A stretch of 50,915 bases of DNA from Girardia tigrina (GCA_001938485.1 MQRK01234283.1:1-50915); one strand, 5' to 3'; numbered from the stretch's first letter, positions 12,919 through 23,756 are shown. Numbers and translations: made by a program. The notes: a model not told the origin generated them from the sequence alone.

Positions 12919-13302
12919 ACAACTCGCTCCTATCAGGGTCTCAGTCCGAGCTGTCGAGTCGCGCACCCCGTCTCCAGGCCGCTGGCCAATTGCTGGATCA
13001 TCTGCTTATTTGCTATGATTATTTTGTTAATAATTATCATTTTGTAATTTTGGCTATTTCTATTTTTGATTTTTCTATTTTTTTTCACCGATACTATCTT
13101 ATACTATTGTGTTAATAATTTCAGACTGTTTATAATCACTTTGTAATTTTGGCTATTTCTATTTTTGATTTGTTTGATTTTTGTATTTTTTTCTAAATAG
13201 AAACAGTTTGACTATTTGAGATAAATAAATCTTTTGTTATTAGCTTGTTTTTTTATTATCTTTTTATTATCTAGTTTTCTATATAAATATATATATATAT
13301 AT

Positions 13303-14110
13303 AGGGGAGACTTGGCTTTCTCCGTGACACGGCTAAATTCGTGATAACTTAAGTAAAACTAATGCAAAATGTAACACCAGTTCTTTAGACCATTTTTTGT
13401 TGCTTTATCTATTACAGTAAATTGTTCTACTAACAAAAAGAAACGCTGCTGTAAGTTTTTGATAATAACATAGTAAACACACACAATAGTGTATAATTTT
13501 TATTCATAATTTTGTTAATTCTTATTAAATCGAAAAGGCCGTGCCTTGTTGCTAATAACATATTTCTGTTATTGTAAAAATGTTTTGTTTTTTTATTATT
13601 TTGAAGTACAAAAGACAAAAAAAAGTTCCTGAATTTGGGTTTTGAATTTTTTTTCCTAAAATTTGCTAATAATTTGTGGGTAATTCTAAGATTTTTTTTT
13701 CAAAATTTTGTAGAGCAGAATTTTTATAAAATTTTACACTAAAAGGTAAGTGATTTAAGGAAAATTTTGACTTTAATTCTTTTGAAGCAATTTGTAATAA
13801 CATAATAAATAATTTTTAGATTTTAGATATCCATGGCATACAAGAATAAGGCCTATACTGAAAATGATATAAAAAACACTATTAACAATATTATCACGAA
13901 CAACTGGTCTGTCTATAAAGCAGCAAAGGCTTTTAAGATACCATGGAGCACCTTGAAGGACCGACTAAAACTTACCTCTTCGCCAAATGAAATAGCTGTT
14001 GTAAAATACGGAAGACCATTTAATCTTACCAGCGAGCAAGAAGTGAGTGTAGTTTCTTATATCACAAAAATGCAGTCCATAGGGTTTGGGCTTAGTGCAT
14101 CTGATGTTAT
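13303..14110 (+). mobile_element. pogo/CENP-B-like transposon 5' part (psq-type HTH), truncated
   Basis: ORF at 13833 has SVYKAAKAFKIPWSTLKDRLK..GRPFNLTSEQE..MQSIGFGLS. Possible TIR start AGGGGAGAC follows a (TA)n run. Confidence 0.75.
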
Positions 14111-15924
14111 ATTATCTGTAATTGTATTTGTTTGTGTATTCCGACTTATATTCATCGTGTTACCTTTCTTGTTTCGGTTCAAACAAAATCTACTAATCCT
14201 ATTATTTCATAAACAACTATTGAGAACATTATTTTATCAAAAGGATTCCTGTCCTATCCAAATAATAATTTTGTTTTCGAATAATATCAACAAAACCTAT
14301 TATTTCACAACCCACTATTGAGAACATTATTTTATCAAAAGGATTCCTGCTCTAACTAACTAATTATTTAACAGAAAAATCCTAAGCTGAGCATTAAACG
14401 AATCCAATCTCTAAGAAACAATTACTCCAGTGGTTATCAAATCAAGAAAGTATCTTCTCAAAGTAACATTTGATTATTATTGTATATACTTCGTTACTTG
14501 CTGTCTTTTTATTGTGATCCACCATTCTTATTACTTTCTTTTTTTTGGTTATAAATTATTTGAATATTAAATATTATTATTATTTTTATTTAATATTTTT
14601 CTTTTGAAAGTGGAAATTACCTAAAATTCATAAAAGTGAATTTTGGGTTATTTTTACAGTAACCATAAAATCACTTAACAACCATCGAAATCACCTTACA
14701 AACCTTAAAATTACCGTGAAAACCATCAAATTACCTGGACAACCAATTAAATCATCTTAAAAACCACCAAAAATACCTTTACAGCCATAAAAAGTACATT
14801 AACCTTCAAAAATCAATAACAACTATCAAAATTACAGGAACAAGTACAAAATGTGCTAAACAATACTGCTCTATACAGCACATGTGCTAATCAATACTTG
14901 TACATGTTCAAATCAATATTGCTTTAGGCTACATATGTACAAGTGTGCAAAAGTCGAAAAAATCAAAATTTCACAATTTTTAAAAGTGCAAATAATTTTT
15001 ATTGAACTATTTTGTTTGAGGCACATCTTGATTTTCTATCCAACTGTGCAATTAAAATTATATATATTTTTGTTTTTTCTATAAAAGAGTTTAAAGTTCA
15101 AAGCGGTGTAGAATGCTCATAGTGGTGTAGAAGTCCGCTAAGGGTCCAAGGAAGCACAATATCAAAAGTGTAATGATGCACTTGGATAGAAACCATAAGT
15201 CAATAGTCGAAATATGATTTTAGTTTTTCGAAAAAACGTATGCAAATCGATTATTGAGATGTTGTGTTTTATAGTACAAAGTGGTGTCGAAGCTCCCTAG
15301 ATATTTAAGGTCGAAGAAGTATCGTCCAAACAAACAGATCTTAGTTTTTACGTATCATTAGTTTCTCTTTCCTCTTACAACACCAGAGGATTTTTTGATT
15401 ATGTAGTCGCCATGGTAGGGAGGAACATTATATCGCATTTTATGCTTTTATCACTTTTATAGTTTTTGTTTGGTTTACTTCCATGTTATATAAAAAACGA
15501 ATGCTAAATCGCTTCTAATCAATGAGGAATAACCAAAATCAAAACGCTGATGTTTTAAAGTCAAGACTGTAATGGAAATTAATTTGGATAATGTATGTTG
15601 ATATATTATCCGTAAAATGCCAAACTAACTGAATTCCCATTCATTTTCGAAAATCTGTGTTAATAAAGAATTTAAAGATTAATATATATTCAATTTGATA
15701 AGTAAAATTACTTGAATTAAATCTATCGATCGGTTGATCCGTCGATCAAAATGAAAATGAAATTTAATAATAATTTTATATGAATAAAAATTATATAAAC
15801 AAATAACCAAATAGCAACCACGGAAATCTCAATATAAATACTAATATTTATTTATCATTAAACTTATCTGTGATTTTCAAACGATGTTTTATGACCACTC
15901 CAATCTGATACATTGCACAGTAGG

Positions 15925-15967
<43 letters not shown>

Positions 15968-17950
15968 AGGTGGTACGCGAGCTACTGTTCAGTGTTACGC
16001 GGTCGGTGGGTAATTTTTTTTAAGTTTAGTTATTACACGGACGGCAACCTTCTTATAATGTCTTTTTGGAAATACTTTAGTATTGCCATTCGGGTATCAA
16101 ATTAAAGCTAATCTTATTTTAAGCTTTTTGGCATCAAGATTCCTATCTCAATTCATCATAGTTTCGTCAAAAAAACAATTTAAAACTAATTTATAAATTA
16201 ATTAAATTAAAGCATTTAATTAAATATTATGTAAAATGTGGTATTTAATTTATTTTAAAATTACTATGTGTAAAAATAATGTTCAATGTAATGTTTTTGA
16301 TATTTTAAATTTAAATTGTTTCAATTATTTTTTTAAAACATTTATCAACATTTTGATGAAGTTTTAGTTTTTATAAAATTAAATAACATTACATAAAAAC
16401 ATTTGTTTAAATACGTGTATATACGAATATATACGTATGGTTATATTCATAACTAATTTATTACCCCAATTAGAAAGTCTGATTTGTTATTTTACGAGAT
16501 TTTCAGAGATGTTCTTTTTGCTACTCGAGGAGTGTGGAAAAAATAACCAATTGCGGCCACATGTATTGTGTGACTTGTTTAAAGGATATATACCGCTGCT
16601 ACATGTGCCGTGAACTAATAGATACAAATAAGATTGTATCAATATTATATTAACAAAATTGGAATTATGAAATTTAAATAAAATCTAAATTGTTGTTCAA
16701 TTGTTGTTTGTTCAATTGTACGATCAATTGTTGTCGGTCTTTAAAATTCGAAATTGTGGTATCAAGTATTTTTTTTATTTTGAATCAATATCGAATCCTT
16801 GATGTTCGATCATTTATTGTTAGATTACAGAAATTTTTTAATCCTTCTAAGTCGTGAGAAAAATTTTCCGTTATTTTATTATTATTTAACGAAACAACTA
16901 ACAAAATCAATATTCAAATTTGAAGGCTTTATTTTCTTAATTGAAAATGGTACATAAAGGATATTATTTTTAATTTTAAAAAGAAAGGATATCTCTTTTT
17001 CCCAAGGAACGCCCTCGTGAGTCTCTCATCATTAACAACTCACCACTCAACTCAATATACCCAGCCAAGTAGAGGAATTCGAGACAACTTTTCAACCCAA
17101 GAACATAACACCTCTAATTCAAACATTTCAACTCCAAAAAATAAAAAGTCTGTTTGATTCCAACAAACAAAAAAAATTTTCTTTCCAAAAAATCCTACAA
17201 TTTTTTTAAAACAAAAGTAATGACAATGATGGATTTCAAAAACAAAATTTTCTCTTTCCAAAACAACAACCAATCAACTGAGACAAAAATTTTAAATGGC
17301 CAATTATAAAGACCTTGAATTACTTATCAAAATTTATTACGCTGTGGTATTAATTTTCATTTTTATTGTCAAACCTGATTTAGCAATAAGGCATTGTTTT
17401 ACTAAATTATTTATTTATTTTTTTTACTTTTTCTGTACCTTTTTTTCTGTTTCGAATTTTGCGTAAAATAATAAACTGTAATTTTTTCCTTGTAACACAA
17501 TATCCAAGCTCTTGTTTGTTTATTTTATGTGATCCCTGCTCGATCATTCTCTCTTCCATACATGTCCTTCTACGATATTCCTTGTTCATGACAAAGTATA
17601 TATAGTGTATATATAGAACGGATGCTTAAAGGCACAAAAATGCAATTATGAGTAAAATAACACTTGAACGCTTCATACGCTACCCAGAATTAGTACATTC
17701 ACATATTCCAATATTCATTCTTCTGTAAAACAAAGAATTTCAAAAAAGGTTGATTGTGCTGTTTATTATCTATAATAATTTATAAAATATAATGATAACT
17801 ATATTCTTATTATGTATTTTCTGCTCCAATTTGCATGAGCACAAATGTCATATTGTGATTTGATCTCCATGTGCAGCTCCGGGCACCAAAAAATCGATTT
17901 GTGAAAAGTTTTTCTAAAATGTTGACACTATTGTATCAAAAATTGGACTC

Positions 17951-17980
17951 GTCTAGAGGGCGCCATGGCGCCCTAGCGAC
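17951..17980. other. GC-rich terminal palindrome/hairpin
   Basis: GTCTAG-AGGGCGCCATGGCGCCCT-AGCGAC: perfect 18-bp palindromic core with imperfect outer arms, abutting the left ITR. Confidence 0.85.
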
Positions 17981-18223
17981 AGCAATCCCCTCAAACTCCC
18001 CACCTTTTGTTTTAAATCAACGCCAAGCAGTGTTTGGGATTATTGATTTTTCGCGAGAGTATATACGGGGAGTGGGGAGTTGGGGAGTGAACCTTTTTAC
18101 TTATATATAAGAAAAAAAATCAAGGAGTAATTAATATATTATGATAATATATTAACTCCCCAACTCCCCACTCCCCATATATAGTCTGCCATATCAATCG
18201 ATAATATTATATATTGATTTATT
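17981..18223 (+). repeat. Left inverted terminal repeat (243 bp)
   Basis: Reverse complement of 23784-24026; no mismatch found by eye. Confidence 0.95.
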
Positions 18224-18289
18224 AAATGTACTTTTATATTAATGATGACGTCATAGATAATATTAACACGTAACAATAACTAAAATTTA

Positions 18290-19624
18290 TTAAAGAGAAC
18301 AGGTTTTGTGTTCGAACTTAGACACAGCATAATAGGGATCATTAATGTATCTTTGATTGTCAGCAATGGTAGGAAATATTGTTGGCACATCAGTTACATT
18401 GTCTTTGGTGTTGACGAAATTGAATACCGGTACAGCGTACGGTTGTTTTGGAACTACCCATCTACTTGAATTCTGATCTCTTGATTTGGCCTCAGGGAAA
18501 TACGGAGCATTACCTTCTGGGTTTTTCCCGTAAAAATCAAAAGTATATTCGACCTCCCAGTTAAATTGAACTGTTAAATTCATTTTATTTCCTTGTGGTC
18601 CAACCATAGTGTTTAACTTGTAAAAAAACATGGGCATTGGATTGTGTTCTGACACATCGGGAGCTGTAGCTACGGATTTGTAGTATTCATAGTCTGCCTT
18701 TGCCTGAGTGTCAATTACACTGTCTATAATGCGACTAGATTGACCAGTAACCGAATCAATTGCAATCGTATTTATCTTCACTACACCTTCAGCCCAATTA
18801 TGAAACTGCATGCCACCCGGTAATCGTACATATCTCTTAAATTTCGTTAAAGTTCGTCTACCTAGTGCCAAAGAGAATCCATCTCTAAAAGGCGAATACT
18901 TTTTACAACCGAAATAATCGAATCTAGTATAGAATGGTGATTTTTTCTCATTAGCTATTAATGGTTCACATTGACTATCAAATTCTACTATGTGTCTCGG
19001 ATATTTACTTTTGCATTGATACTCATACACAACATCTTCACCAGCATTACAATTAGTAATTCTAACCAGTGACGATGTTTCGAATGGATGTATCCAACCT
19101 TTGCGTGTTAAAGTAACAGTGCCAGGATAGAATAATGCACTGTTTACATCATAACCGTTGTGTAATGATCTTTCATTACAAAATATATCAGTGAATGCCC
19201 TAGTTTTATTGGGTGCTTCAGCACACGGTCCAAATAAATGCATGTTGTCTATGTATGTTAAAAACTCTACTTGTGCCTGTAGACCTGTGAATTGAGTCGG
19301 TCCACCTTCACCTGTGGCTTGTATATTGAATATACGATATTTCATACTTTTCGGTTTAAACCAATTATATGTTGATATGACCATAGTTGACATGGGTTTT
19401 CCACCAGCAATGCAGTACGGCCACCAATATTCCAGAGGTTCGTTATACCATTCATTGGTTTCCGTGGATTTGATGCATTTCGCACCACAACATGTAAACG
19501 TCATCGTGGTCGAGTCAGCCGGAGACGGAAATTGATCATGTCCTTGACTGGCCTCTAGTGCATTAGATCCACCGCCCGCAGATGCTGCGCCTGGAGTCGG
19601 TTGAGGAGGAGCTGGAGTAGCCAT
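18290..19624 (-). CDS. Parvovirus-like major capsid protein (VP2-like jelly roll), 444 aa
   Basis: Gly/Ala-rich N-terminus; NWFKPKSMKYRIFNIQ resembles AAV NWGFRPKRLNFKLFNIQ; TYID resembles VFTD; HNPMPMFFYKL resembles HPPPQILIKN; LTVQFNWEV resembles VSVEIEWEL. AATAAA overlaps the stop. Confidence 0.85.
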   Translation of the reverse strand: MATPAPPQPTPGAASAGGGSNALEASQGHDQFPSPADSTTMTFTCCGAKCIKSTETNEWYNEPLEYWWPYCIAGGKPMSTMVISTYNWFKPKSMKYRIFNIQATGEGGPTQFTGLQAQVEFLTYIDNMHLFGPCAEAPNKTRAFTDIFCNERSLHNGYDVNSALFYPGTVTLTRKGWIHPFETSSLVRITNCNAGEDVVYEYQCKSKYPRHIVEFDSQCEPLIANEKKSPFYTRFDYFGCKKYSPFRDGFSLALGRRTLTKFKRYVRLPGGMQFHNWAEGVVKINTIAIDSVTGQSSRIIDSVIDTQAKADYEYYKSVATAPDVSEHNPMPMFFYKLNTMVGPQGNKMNLTVQFNWEVEYTFDFYGKNPEGNAPYFPEAKSRDQNSSRWVVPKQPYAVPVFNFVNTKDNVTDVPTIFPTIADNQRYINDPYYAVSKFEHKTCSL

Positions 19625-21378
19625 ATTGAAATCAATAAATTTAAAAATAATAAATCAATACTAAATAAATCATTCCAGTCTGCATTGTAGTCCAAATTTA
19701 AAAGTACATCATGATTTATTTTGAATTGATGGTCGTAATGTTCATGTCTAGCTTGTTCATTTTCACTGAACCACACAAATGCACCATAATCCTCATCGTA
19801 AATATTTAATTTTTTTTCCTCGTTCTTTCTCCACTGCATATATTGTTTATGATGTAGTTTATTTTTATTTACAAATATTCCACCCAATAACTCATACAAT
19901 TCCTCTTTTTCATATATATCTAATTTTCTTTTTTGAGATTCCTTTAAGTAATGATAAACACCATTTTTTACTTGTACAGCCAATAATCTCATTTGCTTAG
20001 CAGTATATCTTTTCTTAACAATAGGAGTATTTCGTTTGCTGCGCTGTAATACTTTGTTCTCCTCAGTTTCATCCTCTCTATCATCTATATGAATATGATC
20101 TTTAGGTTGAGGTGGAATTTCTAATAATGGATGTCTCGGTACATAAGCACTAGCTTGCCAATCATAAATAAATTCAGGATTATACTTGTGTTTTAATGTT
20201 AACATTTTAGAAAAAACATGTGTATCGTCATATACTATATTTGATACTCGTGTTTGTTCCTCAGGTGTCAATTTATCATAATCCCATAGCTCTCCAATTA
20301 ATTTTTCATATTCATCAGACTTTTGTTGACGTCTTTTAAAGTATGGTTCATTACATTTATAGTTGTAACAACGAGCTTTTTCAATTAAAGTAGTGATTGA
20401 ATTTCCTATTGCCTCATGATCTATATGATTACCACTCCATTTATTACCCTTAACTTTAAATTTTATTTTATTGCCAATATATGGCGGTAATCTTCTAATG
20501 AAATTACCAAATCTTTTAGAATTAAGATATTGTTTAAAATAGGCCATCCTGTGCGTTCGGAACTTTTGTTTGTTATAATAATTGAATTGATTACCGACAC
20601 CACTAATATCAAATTTTCTATTACTACTCGGTATTATCATCATATTACTTCTTTGATTATAATTAAATGCATGAATTTTTTTGAAATTTGCATAATTATT
20701 CATTCTGGTTTTCAAAGCAGTTCGCATAAATAATTGTTGAGTATTTTTTATATTTATTTTATACGGTACACTTTTAGAATTTAAAGAAAATTGTGAAGAT
20801 GACATATTCTTCTGTATTTTATATAATGCAAATGGTTTTGGCAATACTTTATCAATTAATTTATGTATATATAAATTTTCTTGAGTAAGATCTGGCATCG
20901 AGGCTGTACCGACATTTTTTTCTGTGAAATATGTATAAGCCATATATAGATAGTTTTGAATATATTTTTTAATATCTTGATCTTTTCTCATAGATTTATA
21001 TTCACTATTTTCATCAATGAACGACTTAATATGAAAAACTAACTCAATTATTTTCTTTTCAGTGATTTCCAACTTTGTTAAACTTTTATTAGGTATATTT
21101 CGTAATTCTTGTAACAATTCCTGATCAGCAGTCATTCGAATTTTTTTATTAGTAGATTCATAGGCAATGTCATGCTTCCGACAGGCCTCATCTATAGCAT
21201 TCAACGGTTCATAACCCGGATTTGGTTGCTTAGTTGCTTTATTTAATCGAACTTTTGTACATGTACCAGGACCACAATAATTATATCCATACATATGCAT
21301 CTCTCCAGGCATCAATTTTTTAAAGTTAGCCTTTCTCTGTGACGTTGAATTCTTCAATTTAAACTCGTTTAATTTCAT
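19555..21378 (-). CDS. Viral phospholipase A2-domain protein (VP1-unique-like minor capsid protein), 607 aa
   Basis: Calcium loop YNYCGPGT and catalytic DEACRKHDIAY near the N-terminus, followed by a long basic region of unknown nature; ORF is intact. Confidence 0.85.
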   Translation of the reverse strand: MKLNEFKLKNSTSQRKANFKKLMPGEMHMYGYNYCGPGTCTKVRLNKATKQPNPGYEPLNAIDEACRKHDIAYESTNKKIRMTADQELLQELRNIPNKSLTKLEITEKKIIELVFHIKSFIDENSEYKSMRKDQDIKKYIQNYLYMAYTYFTEKNVGTASMPDLTQENLYIHKLIDKVLPKPFALYKIQKNMSSSQFSLNSKSVPYKINIKNTQQLFMRTALKTRMNNYANFKKIHAFNYNQRSNMMIIPSSNRKFDISGVGNQFNYYNKQKFRTHRMAYFKQYLNSKRFGNFIRRLPPYIGNKIKFKVKGNKWSGNHIDHEAIGNSITTLIEKARCYNYKCNEPYFKRRQQKSDEYEKLIGELWDYDKLTPEEQTRVSNIVYDDTHVFSKMLTLKHKYNPEFIYDWQASAYVPRHPLLEIPPQPKDHIHIDDREDETEENKVLQRSKRNTPIVKKRYTAKQMRLLAVQVKNGVYHYLKESQKRKLDIYEKEELYELLGGIFVNKNKLHHKQYMQWRKNEEKKLNIYDEDYGAFVWFSENEQARHEHYDHQFKINHDVLLNLDYNADWNDLFSIDLLFLNLLISIWLLQLLLNRLQAQHLRAVDLMH

Positions 21379-21531
21379 TTTCTGAAAAAATCAAAATAAT
21401 ATCCTGCAACGTAATATATTTAATATTACATTAATAATTTTATAAACCTCCTCGTAATATAAAATATTGATCCATTATTTATATATATATATAACGAAAT
21501 CAATTATATTTTTTTCAATATATTATTTAAA
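21379..21531. promoter_or_regulatory. Divergent intergenic region (putative bidirectional promoter; contains TAATATTAC at 21421-21429)
   Basis: 153-bp AT-rich spacer between the head-to-head PLA2 and Rep ATGs, with TATA-like tracts. Confidence 0.5.
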
Positions 21532-22978
21532 ATGGTTGATAATATGAAAGACATGATGCCTACGATTTCAAACAATTCAATTATGCCTACGAATTCGAAC
21601 AATTCAATTATGCCTACGAATGCAATCAATTCAATCAGTGAATCGAGATTAGCCGAAGCCCGTAGACGTTACAGAAATTTCCGGTTTTCCATACCCATAT
21701 CCGACTTCGAAAATCGCAGAGAATCACTGATGAAATTATGGGAAAAGAATACCGTCTTTATAATAGGCCAAGAAGAGCTTTCTCATAATAATCATCACCA
21801 TTTGGAGATGTTCGCAACGATGACAAATAGTAAATTTTTGACCTGGTAATTCATTTAATCACCGGTTTAATAATTTATAGGCATGACATACGGGAGCGCC
21901 AGGAAGCAGCTGGACGTACCATTCGTCTCCGGCGTCGTCGACACAGAGGTTCAGGCGGCCATAGATTACTGCAGTAGAAAATGGCATCAAAATCTTTCTT
22001 GGAAATCGCAGATCTGTGTTTTATGAAAGTCTCTGGCCACATGTGATAAAATGTGAGTCGGCCAGAGACGCGTTAAATGTAGTGAAAGATAACAAGCCTG
22101 AGCTTTATTTCTTAAAACGGAAGGCTCTCAGTGAGTCTTTCGATGCTGAATTTGGTAAAAGTACGAAAGCTATTTATAAAAATTTTAATGTCCCACATGA
22201 AGATGTGTGGGACAACTTGACACATGTATTCATAGGCCCCACAGGCATAGGAAAGAGTAATTTCGCGTTGTCGCATTTTAGTAAACCCGTCCATGTAACA
22301 AATTTACAAAACTTTTCTAGGATTTCCGATAACCCGGAAATCACGGACGGAATAGTGATTGACGACGTCGAACTGTCTAAACTGTCTGCCCACAAATTGT
22401 TGCAAATTGTGGACAAACAGTTTGAGCACGGTGTCGACGTCAAATACGGGTATGGGTACATACCCGCTAACTTGCCGAGAATAGTCATACTAAATTCACT
22501 AGAATATTTTTGGCCCGAAAAGATTTCCTCAACTTTACGTTCGGCCATTAATAGAAGAATTAAAATACATTATTATAATGCCCGATTATACGACATCAAT
22601 CATGACAATAATAATGTAGATAACAGTGTAGTGAAATCTGTTTATAAACCTAGTTCAGAAATTAAATTGGCTCCTAAGAAAGTGACTCCATTAAGTAATA
22701 AACCGACTGTATCGACTAATACTGATACTGGTGATTGTGCCACATGGATGTCTAAAAAGCGATTAAAAAATGTCGATTTGACTAACGAGAATGATACAAA
22801 AGAAATAGATGTCCCCAAGACGTGCAGAAACCTTGGCATGAAGAACCCTCTGCCTGAGCAGTATGAGGGATTCTTAAAGTGGTTGGCACGCAAGAAAAAC
22901 AAGGAACTCATTGAATACATTGAAGTAGACAAATTATACAAAACGGATATTGATGACAGTGATTATGAGGACTTGTAA
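21532..22978 (+). CDS. rep: CRESS-DNA (circovirus-like) Rep: HUH endonuclease plus SF3 helicase; predicted intron 21830-21880 and one frameshift near 21976
   Basis: Motif I RNFRFSI, IIGQEE, motif II HHHLEMF, motif III AAIDYCS; Walker A GPTGIGKS, Walker B IVIDDV, B' VDVKYG, motif C IVILN, Arg finger AINRR. AATAAA at 23025. Confidence 0.88.
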
Positions 22979-23093
22979 TGTTTTTATTAGTTTTTATTTG
23001 ATCATGTTTTTTTTTGAAGAGTTGAATAAAGTTTTGTTATTGTTAATTGTCTTGTTTAATTTACACAATAGATAATAACTTGAACTAAAATCT

Positions 23094-23756
23094 TTATTTA
23101 AATACACGTCTAAGTAAATTCATCTTAACTTTATAAAATAAATGAGTATAATCATATATATTAACCCCTACATTAATAACAACTGATTTGACACAATGAA
23201 TATACACAGAACGATTCAATAGCGGTAATCTAATTTCGGAAGTGTACTTCCAGATAGGTTGATTATTTGTCAAAAAGATAGGAATTCTATCCATTTTAAC
23301 TTTTTGTTTATGCTTCTGACTAATTTTTACACAGGGAGACGACTCACAAATCAATTTCATATAATCAGCATTACGTACATCTAAAATAATCTCCTCACCG
23401 ATGGCACAATTTTTGCCCACCAAGTCCTCAAAACAAAACTCAGAATTCAGGTGCATGGTTGTAAAGAACCCGCAGTTAAGTCCGGCAGTCCAAATTTGGA
23501 TAAAGAGAGTCTTTCCCGCATTTGAAACTCCGTCAATAATGACTGTTGTTGTTTTTCCTGCCCGTAATAGTAGGATCGTACCCAACGCAAGAATACGATA
23601 ATTGACTCTATCAGTTTCTTCGTTAATCGTAACATTATTAAGACTGTTATGTTGCCCAAGTAATATCCGGTGATCATTATTGATAGTAAACTCGTTAGAA
23701 TCCAAAAAATCGACAACAAACTTTTCAAGAACATCCTCTACCAGACTCTCTAGCAT
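23094..23756 (-). CDS. Stand-alone SF3 helicase, parvovirus NS1 C-terminal-like, 220 aa
   Basis: Walker A GVSNAGKT, Walker B AIGEE (parvoviral EE type), B' KHK, motif C IFLTNN, LLNR. No HUH domain. ATG lies next to the right ITR; AATAAA overlaps the stop. Confidence 0.85.
   Translation of the reverse strand: MLESLVEDVLEKFVVDFLDSNEFTINNDHRILLGQHNSLNNVTINEETDRVNYRILALGTILLLRAGKTTTVIIDGVSNAGKTLFIQIWTAGLNCGFFTTMHLNSEFCFEDLVGKNCAIGEEIILDVRNADYMKLICESSPCVKISQKHKQKVKMDRIPIFLTNNQPIWKYTSEIRLPLLNRSVYIHCVKSVVINVGVNIYDYTHLFYKVKMNLLRRVFK

Noticed and set aside
15884-16105. ORFs containing YIYIYI runs (also 28227-28581)
   Set aside because: Translations of (TA)n microsatellites.
22112-22941. Antisense ORFs within Rep (and similar ones within the helicase and capsid genes)
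   Set aside because: No motifs; shadows of the real coding strand.
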